DNA of 64,000 bases from the NCBI GenBank assembly GCA_964016885.1, contig OZ024743.1, positions 78,616,001-78,680,000 of the forward strand. The letters are read 5' to 3'. Both the position numbers and the translations under genes were made by a program. Numbering within the stretch: the stretch's first letter is position 1; each line of letters starts with the position of its first letter. The DNA comes from Eledone cirrhosa (taxonomy: Eukaryota). The notes beneath the pieces were generated by a model. That model did no database searches and was not told where the DNA came from. It worked only from the letters and a program-made list of their open reading frames with translations. Positions 13,236 to 27,000 of this stretch are shown piece by piece.

Positions 13236-13457
13236 GCAAGTCATCCAATCCTTTTCTATCGTTTGTTTCCTAATGATGGATTAAAATTATGGAATTATGG
13301 TAGTTAAACCCCAATTGAGGCCAGTAGGAAATACAGCGCCTATGACTGGTTTCGTGGGTATAAAAGTATCCTCAAACCGGAGACCCGAATGCCAACAACG
13401 ACCCCACTAAAGACAGCCAAGAGTCAGGCAATGGTGTTATACGGGGTGATAGATTAA

Positions 13458-13506
13458 GTTGATGCCCGTCTACCCCCATCCCAGATGGGGGTAGACGGGC
13501 ATCAAC
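13458..13506. other. Perfect 23-bp hairpin, 3-nt loop
   Basis: gttgatgcccgtctacccccatc-cca-gatgggggtagacgggcatcaac. Confidence 0.95.
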
Positions 13507-14432
13507 GTGCTTTTGAAATGAAACTCTTAACCACACAGGTTTGCCGACACTATACCACAGTATATGTCTGGTATTTCTTTCACGGTCCCTCAGGAGAACG
13601 ACAGATAAAACTCTACCGTTGAGAAATGAACTCATTATACAAAGTTTCGTAGTTAAATATTACACAGCACTGTTTCTATAATTTATTGATTTCGTCAGAT
13701 CGATATTTCTTTATTGATGTTATATTAGTTTGATATATTAGACCATCTTATCGATAACTTGAAACTTCATACTTTCATCTTGAATAACTTTAAAGATCAA
13801 TATGTTTGTTTTTTTGTTAGTTCAATAAAATATTTCAAACTTGATATTTGATAAATTGTATTAATGAAAAGACGAAGTTGTTATATTAAATAACTAGTAG
13901 CCATACCCGGTGTTGACTGTATTTGATAATACCTGTAATAAATACATTTACATGTATTTGACGACGAATCAATTTTATTCAACAAATTCCAATTAAATTA
14001 CCTAAAGTTTCTAATAAAAACTAAACTATAATGAAAGTAAGGGGAAGGGGAGGGAGCGACAGACTTTACCCCCATTCTAGGCGGTATATATTAGCTTCAC
14101 CCAAGGGACAAAATGCCGAAGGCTTTGCCATTGAGAACGACCGGCGGCACACGTTGCATCAGCCATTACACTTCACGGGGATTCTTCCTCAGTCAGGATA
14201 TATTTCCAATCAATTTTGCCGAAGAAAATGGAAGTTCGTGGACCGAAGACTAAAGATTTTGGCTGGTCAAGTTCCAATATTTCATAGTCTTTCTCTCCTC
14301 CACGTTTCAGGCGGCATTGGTGGGGAACATCTCGCAGCATATGACCTCCCAGATCAGAGATTTACTCAAATCAAATAGGAAAAAGGGTTATCCTGTTTGG
14401 GGGATTACCATCACTCCGATCGAGGCAAGCAC

Positions 14433-14682
14433 CCTCCAGTTGTGACGAGAAATCGACCGCCTCCAGTTGTGACGAGAAATCGACCGCCTCCAGTTGTGAC
14501 GAGAAATCGACCGCCTCCAGTTGTGACGGTAAATCGACCGCCTCCAGTTGTGGCGGGAAATCGACCGCCTCCAGTTGTGACGGTAAATCGACCGCCTCCA
14601 GTTGTGGCGGGAAATCGACCGCCTCCAGTTGTGACGGGAAATCGACCGCCTCCAGTTGTGATGGGAAATCGACCGCCTCCAG
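14433..14682. repeat. 27-bp minisatellite x9
   Basis: Unit cctccagttgtgacgagaaatcgaccg with a variable centre. Confidence 0.95.
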
Positions 14683-14937
14683 GTTTCTTCTGATGACGTC
14701 TTTCAAAGCTGTCGGCCAAAGGAACCGATCATAACTTCGGAATTCCTTGTCTTTTGGATAATTGCTGTTAAATGTTGCTGACATTCCTTTGAACTGGAAA
14801 TGGTGACTCACTGAAGCTATATCAAGTCGTTTAAAACATGGCTCAAGTCTAGTATCATGCTAACATTAAACCAAAGCTGAAATTTTATTTTAATTTTTAC
14901 TATATTTTACTATATTTTCTCAGAATTCCCCCTCCTC

Positions 14938-15050
<113 letters not shown>

Positions 15051-15204
15051 CAATGCAAAAAACAAAAAGTATGTTATATTTTCAGCAATTGACATAACTA
15101 TTTTAATGCGTTATTTTCCCTAGACACTAACTTGTTACTGTGTCTATTGCTATGCTTGAAGTATACAATATTTTCAGGGTAATTTGGGGAGTTAGGGTGT
15201 GATA

Positions 15205-16160
15205 TAGTGTGGTGTGGTGTGGTGTAGTGTCGTGTAGTGTGGTGTAGTATAGTGTGGTCTTGGGTAATGTGGTGTAGTGAGGTGTGGTGTGGTGTAGTGT
15301 GGTGTGGTGTAGTGTGGTGTGGTGTAGTGTGGTGTGGTGTAGTGTGGTTAGTGTGGTGTAGTGTGGTGTGGTGTCGTGAGGTGTCGTGTGGTGTAGTGTG
15401 GTGTGGTGTAGTGTGGTGTAGTGTGGTGTCCTGTGGTGTAGTGTGGTGTGGTGTGGTGTAGTGTGGTGTGGTGTGGTGTAGTGTGGTGTAGTGTGGTGTG
15501 GTGTGGTGTGCTGTAGTGTGGTGTGGTGTAGTGTGGTGTCGTGTGGTGTCCAGTGGTGTAGTGTGGTGTGGTGTGGTGTAGTGTGGTGTGTAGTGTGGTG
15601 TAGTGTGGTGTAGTGTGGTGTGGTGTAGTGTGGTGTGGTGTAGTGTGGTGTGGTGTAGTGTAGTGTGGTGTGGTGTAGTGTAGTGTGATGTGGTGTAGTG
15701 TGGTGTAGTGTGCTGTGGTGTGGTGTAGTGTAGTGTAGTGTGGTGTGGTGTACTGTAGTGTGGTGTAGTGTGGTGTGGTGTAGTGTGGTGTTGTGTAGTG
15801 TGGTGTAGTGTGGTGTGGTGTAGTGTAGTGTGGTGTAGTGTGGTGTGGTGTAGTGTAGTGTGGTGTGGTGTAGTGTAGTGTGGTGTGGTGTAGTGTGGTG
15901 TAGTGTGGTGTAGTGTGGTGTGGTGTAGTGTGGTGTAGTGTAGTGTAGTCTAGTGTAGTGTGGTGTGGTGTAGTGTAGTGTGGTGTAGTGTGGTGTGGTT
16001 TGATGTGGTGTAGTGTGGTTTAGTGTGGTGTAGTGTAGTGTGGTGTGGTGTAGTGTAGTGTGGTGTGGTGTAGTGTGGTGTAGTGTGGTGTGGTGTAGTG
16101 TGGTGTAGTGTAGTGTAGTCTAGTGTAGGGTGGTGTGTTTTAGTGTAGTGTAGTGTGGTG
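15205..16160. repeat. (GTGTG/GTGTA)n pentanucleotide array
   Basis: Directly visible. Confidence 0.97.
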
Positions 16161-16433
16161 TAAAGTCTGGAATTAAAAAAGAATACATTTTCCTACAAAA
16201 CATGTACAAAAGATGTAACCCAGTGAAAAATTGTGGTTTACAATTTAGAACACACATACACATACATACACACATACACATACATGCATACATACATACA
16301 TACATACATACATACATACATACATACATACATACATAATACATACATACATACATACATACATACATACATACATACATACATACATACATACACACAT
16401 ACATACATACATACACACATACATACATACATA

Positions 16434-16740
16434 TGAGAAGCTGGGCTTCACAGGAACAGAAAGAACACAACTAGTTAGGAGTACAATCTATGAATGGAAC
16501 AGCAAAAATATATAAAACATTCCACAAATTCTGCATCTGATAACTGCATATACACATGCACACATATAACTAAAAACATCCACATGCACACATACAATAA
16601 CATCCATATCTACACATGCAGATATATATACATATCTACCTAGTTGATGTTGTGTAAATTCCAGTGAGAGAGTCTTGTATCTATGTTAGAAACCGACTCT
16701 CCATTGGGAAAAAAATTGTGAAATTATAAAACCAGAAGAA
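16434..16740 (+). mobile_element. 3' end of an R4/Dong-type element, same family as 21095-21902
   Basis: Matches 21560-21902 (gagaagct.ggcttcacaggaacagaaagaac...aaaccagaagaa); lies in (CATA)n. Confidence 0.85.
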
Positions 16741-16770
16741 TACACACACACGCATGCATACATACTTACA

Positions 16771-17047
16771 TGGTGGCTGCCAACTCGTTTTCGAGTACGG
16801 CCACTACTTTATATGTAGGAGAACCCCTACCGATGCGCCGAACGAGTGTGAATTTTTAGTCCAGCCAGCGACTTGAAAACTATGGTACAAACACTACAAT
16901 TGTGACAATTATTGACACATAGTGCTCGGCCCATGGTACCTTGTGACGACAAGTGCAGAGAGATCTCTAGATATAAAGCAATGCCTGTGCCGTGAAGCTT
17001 TTATAGTGAGCAAAGGCACTGCACAAAGCCAGTCCTACTCTCTTAAC
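16771..17047 (-). mobile_element. Non-autonomous RTE-derived element, 5'-truncated copy A
   Basis: Matches the 3' part of 47014-47622. Confidence 0.85.
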
Positions 17048-17168
17048 ATACATACATACATACATACATACATACATACATACATACATACATACATACA
17101 TACATACATACATACATACATACATACATACATACATACATACGTACGTACATACATACATATATACA

Positions 17169-17486
17169 TGGTGGTTGCCAACTCGTTTTCGAGTACGGCC
17201 ACTACTTCATATCCATGTAGGAGAACCCCTACTGATGCGCTGAACGGGTGTGACTTTTTAGTCCAGCCAGCAATTTGAAAACTCTGGTACAAACACTACA
17301 CCTGTGACAATTATTGACACATAGTGCCAGGCCCATGGTACCATGTGACGACAAGTGCAGAGAGATCTCCAGATATAAAGCAATGCCTGTGCCTTGAAGC
17401 TTTTATAGTGAGCAAAGGCACTGCACAAAGCCAGTCCCACTCTCTTAACTAAGATGATATTTACCAAAATGAAGAACAGGTCAACA
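17169..17486 (-). mobile_element. Non-autonomous RTE-derived element, 5'-truncated copy B
   Basis: Matches the 3' part of 47014-47622; flanked by (CATA)n. Confidence 0.85.
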
Positions 17487-17498
17487 TATATACATACA

Positions 17499-17530
<32 letters not shown>

Positions 17531-17656
17531 ATGGCGACCGTTGTGGTCAGTGTCCGATAATCGGACGTGTGTAATTACAGCTTACATGAAGGCAACATAC
17601 CATATATTGGAAAAAGTTGAGCTACATTACGCGGTATGATTACATACAATAATTCT

Positions 17657-17960
17657 ACATAAGTGTTTGAACTGTAAGTGTGTTGTAAAACACCTATTTA
17701 TATGAACGATACATACACTTATGATATATGAACGATACATATACTTTAACATATAAATGCAACGTTGTTATATTACATTTATAAAGAAATATACAAGTAA
17801 CGTTTTCGATTCAGAAACAAAAACATAAGTGTTTGAACTGTGAATATGTTGTGAATAAGTTGTAGAACACCTATTTATGTGAATGATACATAAACTTTAA
17901 CATATAAATACAGCGTTGTTATATTATATTACATTCATAAAGAAATATACTAAGTAATGG
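17657..17960. repeat. Tandem duplication of about 165 bp
   Basis: acataagtgtttgaactgt...ataaagaaatatac occurs twice. Confidence 0.8.
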
Positions 17961-18155
17961 TTCTTTTTGTTCTCGATTCAAACGATTCAAGAACAACGTT
18001 TAAAATACAGTTGTAGAATTAAAAACTAACTGAAAAGAAATATTACCCAAGCTGTGAATAACTTTAAATTTGATTCTGACAGAACTTTGTCGAAACTTTT
18101 AAAGAAGATCATCAAACTATTTGGTCGAAGGAGACTTGTACTTTTTGCCATCATC

Positions 18156-21060
18156 ATGGCAAAAAGTACAAGTCTCCTTCGACCAAATCGCAACTACAAC
18201 CGTTGTATACAATGGAGCTACGAGCTTAACAAAGTATTATATGAAGCATACAAACAATCTGAACCCCAAAAGTTCAGTTTTATGCAAAGGCTAAAAACTT
18301 TATGGAACTCCAAACACCCAGAATTAGACTTTTCTCCAAAGCATTTAAATGAACAGGTAAAACGTATCATTAGATGTAACTTGATACATCTAACGGAATT
18401 GAGTGATGCTACCAATACAGCCCTTGTAGACAACCATCCCACCTCCACTGAAAGACTAAAATATAAGTCAACAGCACATAAACGACAAGTGCTAAATAGA
18501 TTGTTTGCCAGAGATCCTAAATAAGTTTATCGCAGCTTCGGTGGCAAAAGCTCAATCTCTGTAAACGACACCCCTTCAAAAGAACAGGTTGAGAGCTACT
18601 GGAGAAACGGATGGGAAACGGATGACGGATTCAACAGACAAGCTAATTGGCTAAAAGAACTGGAACAGGACTACTGCCAACATGTCCAGATAAAATAATA
18701 TGACATAAATGGGTCAATACTGGAAACAGCTCTACAGAAAATGTCGAATAGGAAATCGCCAGGCCCAGACCTCATTACAGGATACTGGTTGAAGAATTTC
18801 ACTTTCTATCGACAAGATCTTATACGGCTGTTTACAGAAACCATTAAAGGCACACAAGAACTGCCCAGATGGTTATCAACTGCCACTACTCTCCTCATTC
18901 CCCAAAATAGCCAAACCACCCTTGCTAAAAATTACCGCCCAATAGCCTGCCAAAACATCATGTATAAATTATATACTGGGTGCCTTAACCTGTTCTTACA
19001 GGATCACTGTGCTACCAACAACATCATAACACCTGAGCAAGCTGGTGGAAAGAGGGAGGTGTGGGGTTGCATAGATCACCTACTAACCAACAAAATGATT
19101 CAGGAAAAAACAACGAAGAATCGCATAAACATGACTGTGGTGTGGCTGGACTATCAAAAAGCATTTGATAGTGTACCTCATGGGTGGATTATTAAGGCTT
19201 TACAGTTAGCTAAAGTCCCACAACCATTTGTAGCTGCTGTTGAACGCCTGACCAAGAACTGGTACACCAATTTGATCCTTAGAGGTGAGAAGGAGCAAGT
19301 TAAGACTGATAAGATACATTACCAGAAGGGCATCTTTCAGGGTGATAGCTTGTCAGTGCTACTCTTCGTTCTCTCACTGAATCCACTATCTTACCTACTC
19401 AGGAAACAAGGTGGACAAAGAAGTGGGCCCAGAAGTATCTCCCATCTTTTCTTTGTTGATGACCTGAAGTTGTATGGGCCAAATATCAATGACATCAAGA
19501 AACAATTGGACCTCATTACACAATTTTCAACCGACATCAAAATGAAATTTGGTGAGTCCAAGTGTGCATATTTGGCAGTAAAACGTGGAAGAGTTGTGCC
19601 CTCCTCTAGAAATCTAGGGATGAACGGCCTGACAATACAACCTCTGCAGTCAGGTGACAACTACAGATATCTTGGACAGGATGAGAATGTCAGATATGAT
19701 GGACCCATAAATAAGGAGAGAACCAGAACTGAATACCTCAGAAGAGTAAAGAAAATATGGTCATCAGAACTGTCAGCATACAACAAATACATTGCCCACA
19801 ATACTTATGCTGTGCTATTTCTAACGCCACCATTTGGCCTGCTGAACTGGTCATTGCAAGAACTAAGTGAGATGTATGTTAGAACTCGAAAACTTCTCAG
19901 TGTTACTGGGAACTTTAACATCAATGGTGATGTGGATAGGCTATACTTCTCACGCAAGGAAGGTGGCCGGGGTCTAAAATCAATATTAACAACATATGAG
20001 ACCCGGATAGTAACACTGAAGCAACACCTTCAACAGAGGAAAAAGGTTGGCAACCATCTTGCCCAGGTTTATGAGCATGAAAAAAAAATATCATTAGAAT
20101 AGCGACTGATCTGGAGGAGAGATATGGAATAAAGCCTGATATAAATCTCTCACCCAGAGAAATCGGAAGATCCTATTCAATGTTCAGACAAGATTAAAAA
20201 AATTGACCAATTTACAGAAAAAGTTGTGCATGGATACTTGAGGCGTAAAACACAGACCATAGAGGGGATAAACACTCAGAAAGCCTGGCATGGAGTTCCG
20301 ACAAGTTTATGACATCACACCTTGAGGGATATCTCTATGCAATACAAGAACAAGAACTCCCTACCAAATATCTGCTGCACAAAAGAGGAGGGACAGCAGC
20401 TGACAATAAATGTAGGCTATGTAAAACAAAGATCGAGGATGTAAGCCACATTGTTGCCAGCTGCGAAAGAATGTCATCTCGCTACTACCTCCCCATGAGA
20501 CACGATGGGATAGCTAGAACCATCTGGAACGAACTTCGGAAAACAAAATTAACAAACGTGGAAGAATATATTGAGACAGATGGCACTAAGGAATACTGGT
20601 GGAACCTGAAAATAAAAACTGCCACCAAATTAAAGCACAACCGGCCTGATATTGTTGTTTGGGACCACACATTGAAAACGTGTTCTGTTGTGGAGATCAG
20701 CTGCCCACTTGATGTAAACGTTGTCAGAAAAATAGAGGAGAAGGAGGACATCTACGGACCATTGATGAGCAGTTTACAAATCCAGTATCCAAGATACACC
20801 TTTAGCTTCATACCTATCATTATTGGAGTTACGGGTTATATACCAACCCGCTTAGACCAAAGTATGACTGAACTTGGATTTGCGGACAAAAAGCGCAGCT
20901 CCCCAATTCATAGTCTACAAATGGTTGCGATAGCTGGCACCTTCAAAATTTGCAAAACATTCTTGCGATTCAAGGGATGACAATTTCTTTTTTTTTACAA
21001 CCTTGCCACCAGGAAGGTGGCCGGTCAAAAAAATATACTCGAAATTAAGAGAAAGAGATA
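18156..21060 (+). mobile_element. R4/Dong-type non-LTR retrotransposon (RT + CCHC + restriction-like endonuclease), pseudogenised
   Basis: N-terminal QWSYELNKVLYEAY..RL..W..HPE; RT KSPGPD, NYRPIAC, WLDYQKAFDSVPH, GIFQGDSLS, FFVDDLKL, RKEGGRGL; CRLC..E..SH..C, RHD, NRPDIVVWD, VVEISCP. Several stops/frameshifts; 3' end in (CATA)n. Confidence 0.92.
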
Positions 21061-21094
21061 ACATACAAACATACATACATACATACATACATAG

Positions 21095-21902
21095 AACTAA
21101 CATCGAGCATATCACCCATGTCATCAGCAGCTGTCCAAAGATGTCATCGCGGTACTATCTACCTATGAGGCATGACGTAGTGGCCAAAACACTGTACAAT
21201 GCAGTTCGTAAAAAAGATAGCCCCGATAATAAACACATTAAAAGCTACAACAATGTGGAAGACATCCATGTACATAATATGAAAGAGTACTGGTGGAATG
21301 TTCCAGTAACAAACCCAATAAAATGCAGGCATAACAGACCAGATATTATGATATGGGACAGGGAGAAGAAAACATGCACAGTAGTGGAAATTAGCTTCCC
21401 AGCAGATGCCAATATAATATCAAAGATTAGTGAAAAGGAGAATATTTATGCAGAACTGATGAGAAACTCCAGATACTCCACCCTGATTACACCTTCAGAT
21501 TTATGCCTGTGATTATTGGGGCACTGGGGTATGTTAGTAACTTTCTCAATACAAATCTTGAGAAGCTAGGCTTCACAGGAACAGAAAGAACACAACTAGT
21601 TAGGAAATTACAAGTACAATCCATTAATGGAACAGTAAAAATCTGTAAAACATTCCAAAAATTTTGCATCTAATAACTGCATATACACATGTACAGATAC
21701 AAAGCATATAGACATGCACACATACAACTCAAAACATCCACATCCACACATACAATAACATCCATATCTACACATGCATGCATACATACATATCTACCTA
21801 GTTGATGTTGTGTAAATTCCAATGAGAGATCTTGTGTCTATGTTAGAAACCGACTCTCTCTCTCTATTGGTAAAACTTTGTGAAATTATAAAACCAGAAG
21901 AA
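21095..21902 (+). mobile_element. Second R4/Dong-type family, 5'-truncated (RLE domain + 3' UTR)
   Basis: HVISSCPKMSSRYYLPMRHD...NRPDIMIWD..VVEISFP, frameshift, then IGALG and GTVKICKTF; between CATA repeats. Confidence 0.9.
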
Positions 21903-21912
21903 CATACATACA

Positions 21913-22518
21913 TGGTTGCTGCCAACTCGTTTTCGAGTACGGCCACTACTTTATATCCATGTAGGAGAACCCCTACCGATGCCCTGAACGAGTGTGACTT
22001 TTCAGTCCAGCCAGCGACTTGAAAACTCTGGTACAAACACTATACTTGTGAGAATTATTGACACATAGTGCTCGGCCCATGGTACCATGTGACGACAAGT
22101 GCAGAGAGATCTCCAGATATAAAGCAATGCCTGTGCCGTGAAGCTTTTATAGTGAGCAAAGGCACTGCACAAAGCCAGTCCTACTCTCTCAACAAAGATG
22201 ATATTTACCAAAAAGAACAAGTCAACATCATTGGATACCATCAGGGTTGCAGGTGTTATATCAGAGTTTTCCTTCTCCTAGACTACTGCCTTGACAAAGG
22301 TTAAGGGGTCATCTCTCCCGGTGATTTTGGATGGCCATTGACTCTTAAGAGTTCCTTTGCCCTTTGACAGGTTTTGTCTTTAGTCCTGCAGGATGTCCAA
22401 AGTTACCCTCCTCACCAAGAAACCTTGGTGGGGTTGCCAGTTTTGTCGCCAACGACCCGACCATGAGACAGGTTGTACTGGAATACATGTTACCAGTAGC
22501 ACCAGATGGTGACCTGAC
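21913..22518 (-). mobile_element. Non-autonomous RTE-derived element, full-length copy C
   Basis: Collinear with 47014-47622; flanked by (CATA)n. Confidence 0.88.
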
Positions 22519-22789
22519 ATACATACGTACATACATACATACATACATTCATACATACATACATACATACATACATACATACATACATACATACATACAT
22601 ACATACATACATACATACGTATATACATACATACTACAGTCAACGCGATCAGTCGCATATTTTGGCGTGGGAGACTATTTATTAAATTTAAGATAAATAT
22701 TATCCCCGACAGTAATGCCACAACTACAGTCATGTTGAATAACTGGTTATTCTTCTAACTATATCTTCTGAAGGAACCTTTTATTCGAA

Positions 22790-23285
22790 TTCGTAGAGAT
22801 ATCCGACTCTTTTCAGTCTAAGGTGTTCTCTCCGACGAGTTTCAAAGTGTTCACCACCTGACTTGATCAAACGTCTCCACTTCGCACGCTCCTCAGCTAT
22901 TTTCTCCCATTCGTCAGATGAAATTCCAGCGCAAGCCAAGGTGCCCCTGACACTGTCCCGGTACCGCATTTTTGGTTTGTGTGGTGGTCGCCTTCCTTCG
23001 CACAGTTCTCCGTAGGGAAGTTGCTTTGGAATGCGATCATCAGACATTCGGACCACGTGTTTACACTACCTCAACCGATGCCGAAAGATCATGCTCTCTA
23101 TAGTCACGCACCTGCTCCGTTCGAGAACTTCACACACACAGAACTTTCCTACCCTGTTTCCGGACTGACCACTGGAACTTCTGCAACAAAAACATCAGAA
23201 CCTTTAGACAACCTGTAGCTGATCTCTTCGTCGAGGATGCTGTTTCTCTAGAGGGTTCTACTCAGGTAGACAAAGTTATCCTTTG
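22790..23285 (-). mobile_element. RTE-clade LINE fragment
   Basis: HVVRMSDDRIPKQL.YGEL.EG.R..PK.RY.D; upstream F.YL..TL..DEEI..R. Confidence 0.85.
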
Positions 23286-23856
23286 AAGGGGTGTGGCCAT
23301 GGTCTGTGGAATTCAACATGGGGAGGGGCAAGGTCTGTGGGATTAAACGGGTGGGGGAGGCAAGGTCTGTGGGACTGAAAGGCTGGGGCCATGATCTGTG
23401 GAATTGCATGAGGTATTGGAAGGGGGAGTTAATTCTAAATTAGAATGTGGTGGAATTATATAGATGGGAGGGGGTAAGCTGTACAAAAGAACCAATGGTG
23501 AGATTGAATTAATGGAGAAGGTGTGGAAATAGGGAAGGGGTCAAACTCTGTAATAAACTGTATGGTGGGAACGAACTGTTAATTTCCTGCGTCGCTCTGG
23601 AATGTAGTTTATTGCTGACTAAGGGGAAAATCGATAGTAAATTCATGAGATGCTACAGGAGATAGGGGTGGAGTTGAGGCTGTGGTCAGCTACAGGAGAT
23701 GGGGGGGGGGGGGGGGGTAGAGGCTAAAGGCAGCTACAGGTGACAGAGGGGTGCAGCGTGCCATGGAAGGGTCCAGGGGAAATTGTTAAGGAATGACTCA
23801 TTAGTCTTCCTGTGTTCTTGGAATTAAATTAAACACGAGACAGGATCGAATCTTAA

Positions 23857-24676
23857 TGTGTGTGTGTGTGTCTGTGTGTGTGTCTGTGTATCTGTGTGTG
23901 TGTCTATGTGTGTGTCTGTGTGTCTGTGTGTGTCTGTGTGTGTATGTGTGTGTCTGTGTGTCTGTGTGTGTGTGTGTGTCTGTGTGTCTGTGTGTCTGTG
24001 TGTCTGTGTGTGTGTCTGTGTGTGTCTGTGTGTCTGTGTGTGTTTGTGTGTGTGTATGTGTGTCTGTTTGTATGTGTGTGTGTATGTGTGTGTATGTGTG
24101 TGTCTGTGTGTCTGTGTGTCTGTGTATCTGTGTGTGTCTGTGTGTGTCTGTGTGTGTGTGTCTGTGTGTCTGTGTGTCTGTGTGTGCGTGTGTGTGTGTG
24201 TCTGTGTGTCTGTGTGTGTCTGTGTGTGTCTGTGTGTCTATATGTCTGTGTGTGTGTCTGAGTGTGTCTGTGTGTGTCTGTGTGTCTGTGTGTGTGTCTG
24301 TGTGTGTGTATGTGTGTATGTGTGTGTGTGTGTCTGTGGTCTGTGTGTCTGTGTCTGTGTCTCTGTGTGTGTGTCTGTGTGTCTGTGTATCTGTGTGTCT
24401 GTGTGTGTCTGTGTGTGTCTGTCTGTGTGTCTGTGTGTGTATGTGTGTATGTGTGTCTGTGTGTGTGTCTGTGTGTGTCTGTGTGTCTGTGTGTCTGTGT
24501 GTGTCTGTGTGTCTGTCTGTCTGTGTGTGTGTCTGTGTGTGTCTGTGTGTGTCTGTGTGTCTGTGTATCTGTGTGTGTCTGTGTGTGTCTGTGTGTGTGT
24601 GTCTGTCTATCTGTGTCTGTGTGTGTGTGTGTCTGTCTGTGTGTCTGTCTGTGTGTCTGTGTGTCTCTCTGTGTGT
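23857..24676. repeat. (TG)/(TGTC) compound microsatellite
   Basis: Directly visible. Confidence 0.97.
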
Positions 24677-24678
24677 AA

Positions 24679-25428
24679 GTATTAACTAATATCCCTAGGT
24701 CTTTCTTTTCTATTTTAGAGAAAAATTTCCCTCCTACTAACAAATATCATGGTATCTTTAATAAGAATGTAATTAAACTCTCCTTCTCTACCACCCCTAA
24801 CATTAATTCTCATCTAGCTAGTATTAACAATAGGAAAATTAGGGACAGCTATTCCTCTTTGCGTACTACTAATCTAGATAGCTCTATTAATAACTTACCA
24901 CCCGAGCAGATCTTATCTTATAATAACCCTAGGAATAATGCATCGCGTAGTCAGCGAGTCGCTAGTACCCGGAAATGTAACTGTAGATTAAGTAATAACT
25001 GCCCTTTAAATGGTCACTGCTTCTCTAGGAACATTGTTTATGCATGTGAAGTTAAGACTAATTCTTCATGTAGCACATATATAGGCTCCACATCTAATAC
25101 TTTTAAAACTAGGTTTAATTCACATATTTCTAATTTTAAGCATATCAAGTTTAAGAACTCTACTTCTTTGGCACACCATATCTGGGATTTAAAAGGGGCT
25201 GGTATACCATATAGCCTTAATTGGCGAATAGAAGCACACTCTAATCACCTATCAACACACACTAAATTCTGTAATCTTTGTATCCTAGAGACCCACTCTA
25301 TAATTTTCTCTAGGAACTTATTGCTTAATAGAAAATCTGAAATATTTTCTTCCTGTCCGCATGCCATTTCTAATTCTTTCTTCTATTATAGACCTAAAAG
25401 TTCTGGTAGTTTAAACCGTATCCATTAG
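24679..25428 (+). CDS. PLE linker + GIY-YIG endonuclease (5'-truncated, uninterrupted frame, no true start)
   Basis: Frame open from 24679: [66 protein letters not shown]. Confidence 0.85.
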   Translation, partial: VLTNIPRSFFSILEKNFPPTNKYHGIFNKNVIKLSFSTTPNINSHLASINNRKIRDSYSSLRTTNLDSSINNLPPEQILSYNNPRNNASRSQRVASTRKCNCRLSNNCPLNGHCFSRNIVYACEVKTNSSCSTYIGSTSNTFKTRFNSHISNFKHIKFKNSTSLAHHIWDLKGAGIPYSLNWRIEAHSNHLSTHTKFCNLCILETHSIIFSRNLLLNRKSEIFSSCPHAISNSFFYYRPKSSGSLNRIH

Positions 25429-27000
25429 CTGCTATATTTCCTTATATCTTAGGTTTTAGTTCATTAATATTACCATTATTATTAGTTTTCTACGGTTTTT
25501 CGATTTTAGTTTTCATAGTCTTATTAGCTACCTTACCCTATCTATCATCTTAACATTATTACGTTTTTACTCACTATTATCGCCTTATAAGTTTGTATCT
25601 TATTGAATAGTTTAATTTTTGAGTCTCTTACATCTAAAACTAATAAACCTCCTCCTTTCCACACTTAATATTCGCCCCTTTTTATTTATATAATAATTTT
25701 AATTTTATGCTCCTTTTTAATATATAATATATAATATATAAATTTTACCTTTATGCTCATTCCTATCCTCCATAGTTTCACTTCCTTCTGTTCCCATTGG
25801 TCTACTATAGTTTTATTTATAGTTTTTTTTCTTTTTTTCTTTGATAATGTAATTCGTCTGAACGGAACGTAATATATTTTGATAGTTTTTATTGAAATAT
25901 CTTAATTTTATACGACCTTGATGACTTAAACTTTATTCCATTTGAAGTGACCAATAATATCTTTTAAGTAATTTTAATATCAATTAATTTAATAAGGTTT
26001 TCTATTCAATTCTTTCATCTATATTTACCTAACGACTTAATACCTACGTAACTGTGCTTGTTTTTTTTGTTTTTTGTTTTTGTTCTTCGTTTTATTTTTT
26101 TATTTTATTTTTTTTTTTTACTACCACATGCTGCTGTCTGTCTTCCTATCATATGTTATTGTATCATAATATGTCTCCATATATCAACCGCGTAAATATG
26201 TCTTAAGCATTTTCCATTGACTCTGTCTGCTATTATAATATTAACATTGATATACCATATTATTTTTATATAATTGAATTATAGATATTAATATATGTCA
26301 GATATTTGAGGTACTGTTTTGTAATATTTTGTAATATTTTATGAATGTAAACTGCCTATACCTCTATGTGTTTATTGTCAATACTTCATGTATTTATATA
26401 TATTCTTTCAAAATACTTTAGTTTTGTATGATATTTTTTCTTACCCTGTGAATAACTTTATATACAATTTATTGACCTTAAATAATATGTATGATGTAGT
26501 TTTATATGTTTTTTTTATGTCAGTATATTATTCTATTGTTTTTCTGTATTGTTTATGCGCAACGTCAGGGTGATTGGTTTATTCTATTATAAAGGTTTTT
26601 TATATTATAACGAGTATATTTTTATTTATATTTAAATACTTTATCAGTGTTCGTATGTGTTTGTGTAAATGTGTATATATATGGATATATATATATACAT
26701 ATATTAAGCTTTTTATTCCTTTTTATTCCTTATTATCCATTATATTGTATTCAATATCATATTGTAATTCTCACATTATATTACCATGTTGTGTTCCATG
26801 TAATTGTATTATACTGTACTTTCAACGTAGGTTTGACATGTTACTCGCTTTCATGCCCTATAGTCTAAATATGTAACTACACACTTTTAGGTTTAGCATG
26901 CTTTTCCTTGATATCTCTCCTAAGCTTTCAAAAATATAAATTCCCTATTCTTCTGAGTTTTGGTTTGTTCTGGCCGTTAATGCTTCTTGTCTCTTTGCTT

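Noticed and set aside
14433-14682. CRISPR-like appearance of the 27-bp array (also the 42-bp and 62-bp arrays)
   Set aside because: Units are contiguous with no unique spacers; eukaryotic context, no cas genes
23290-23780. G-rich segment with short ggtctgtgg repeats
   Set aside because: No defined boundaries, ORF or structure beyond composition bias
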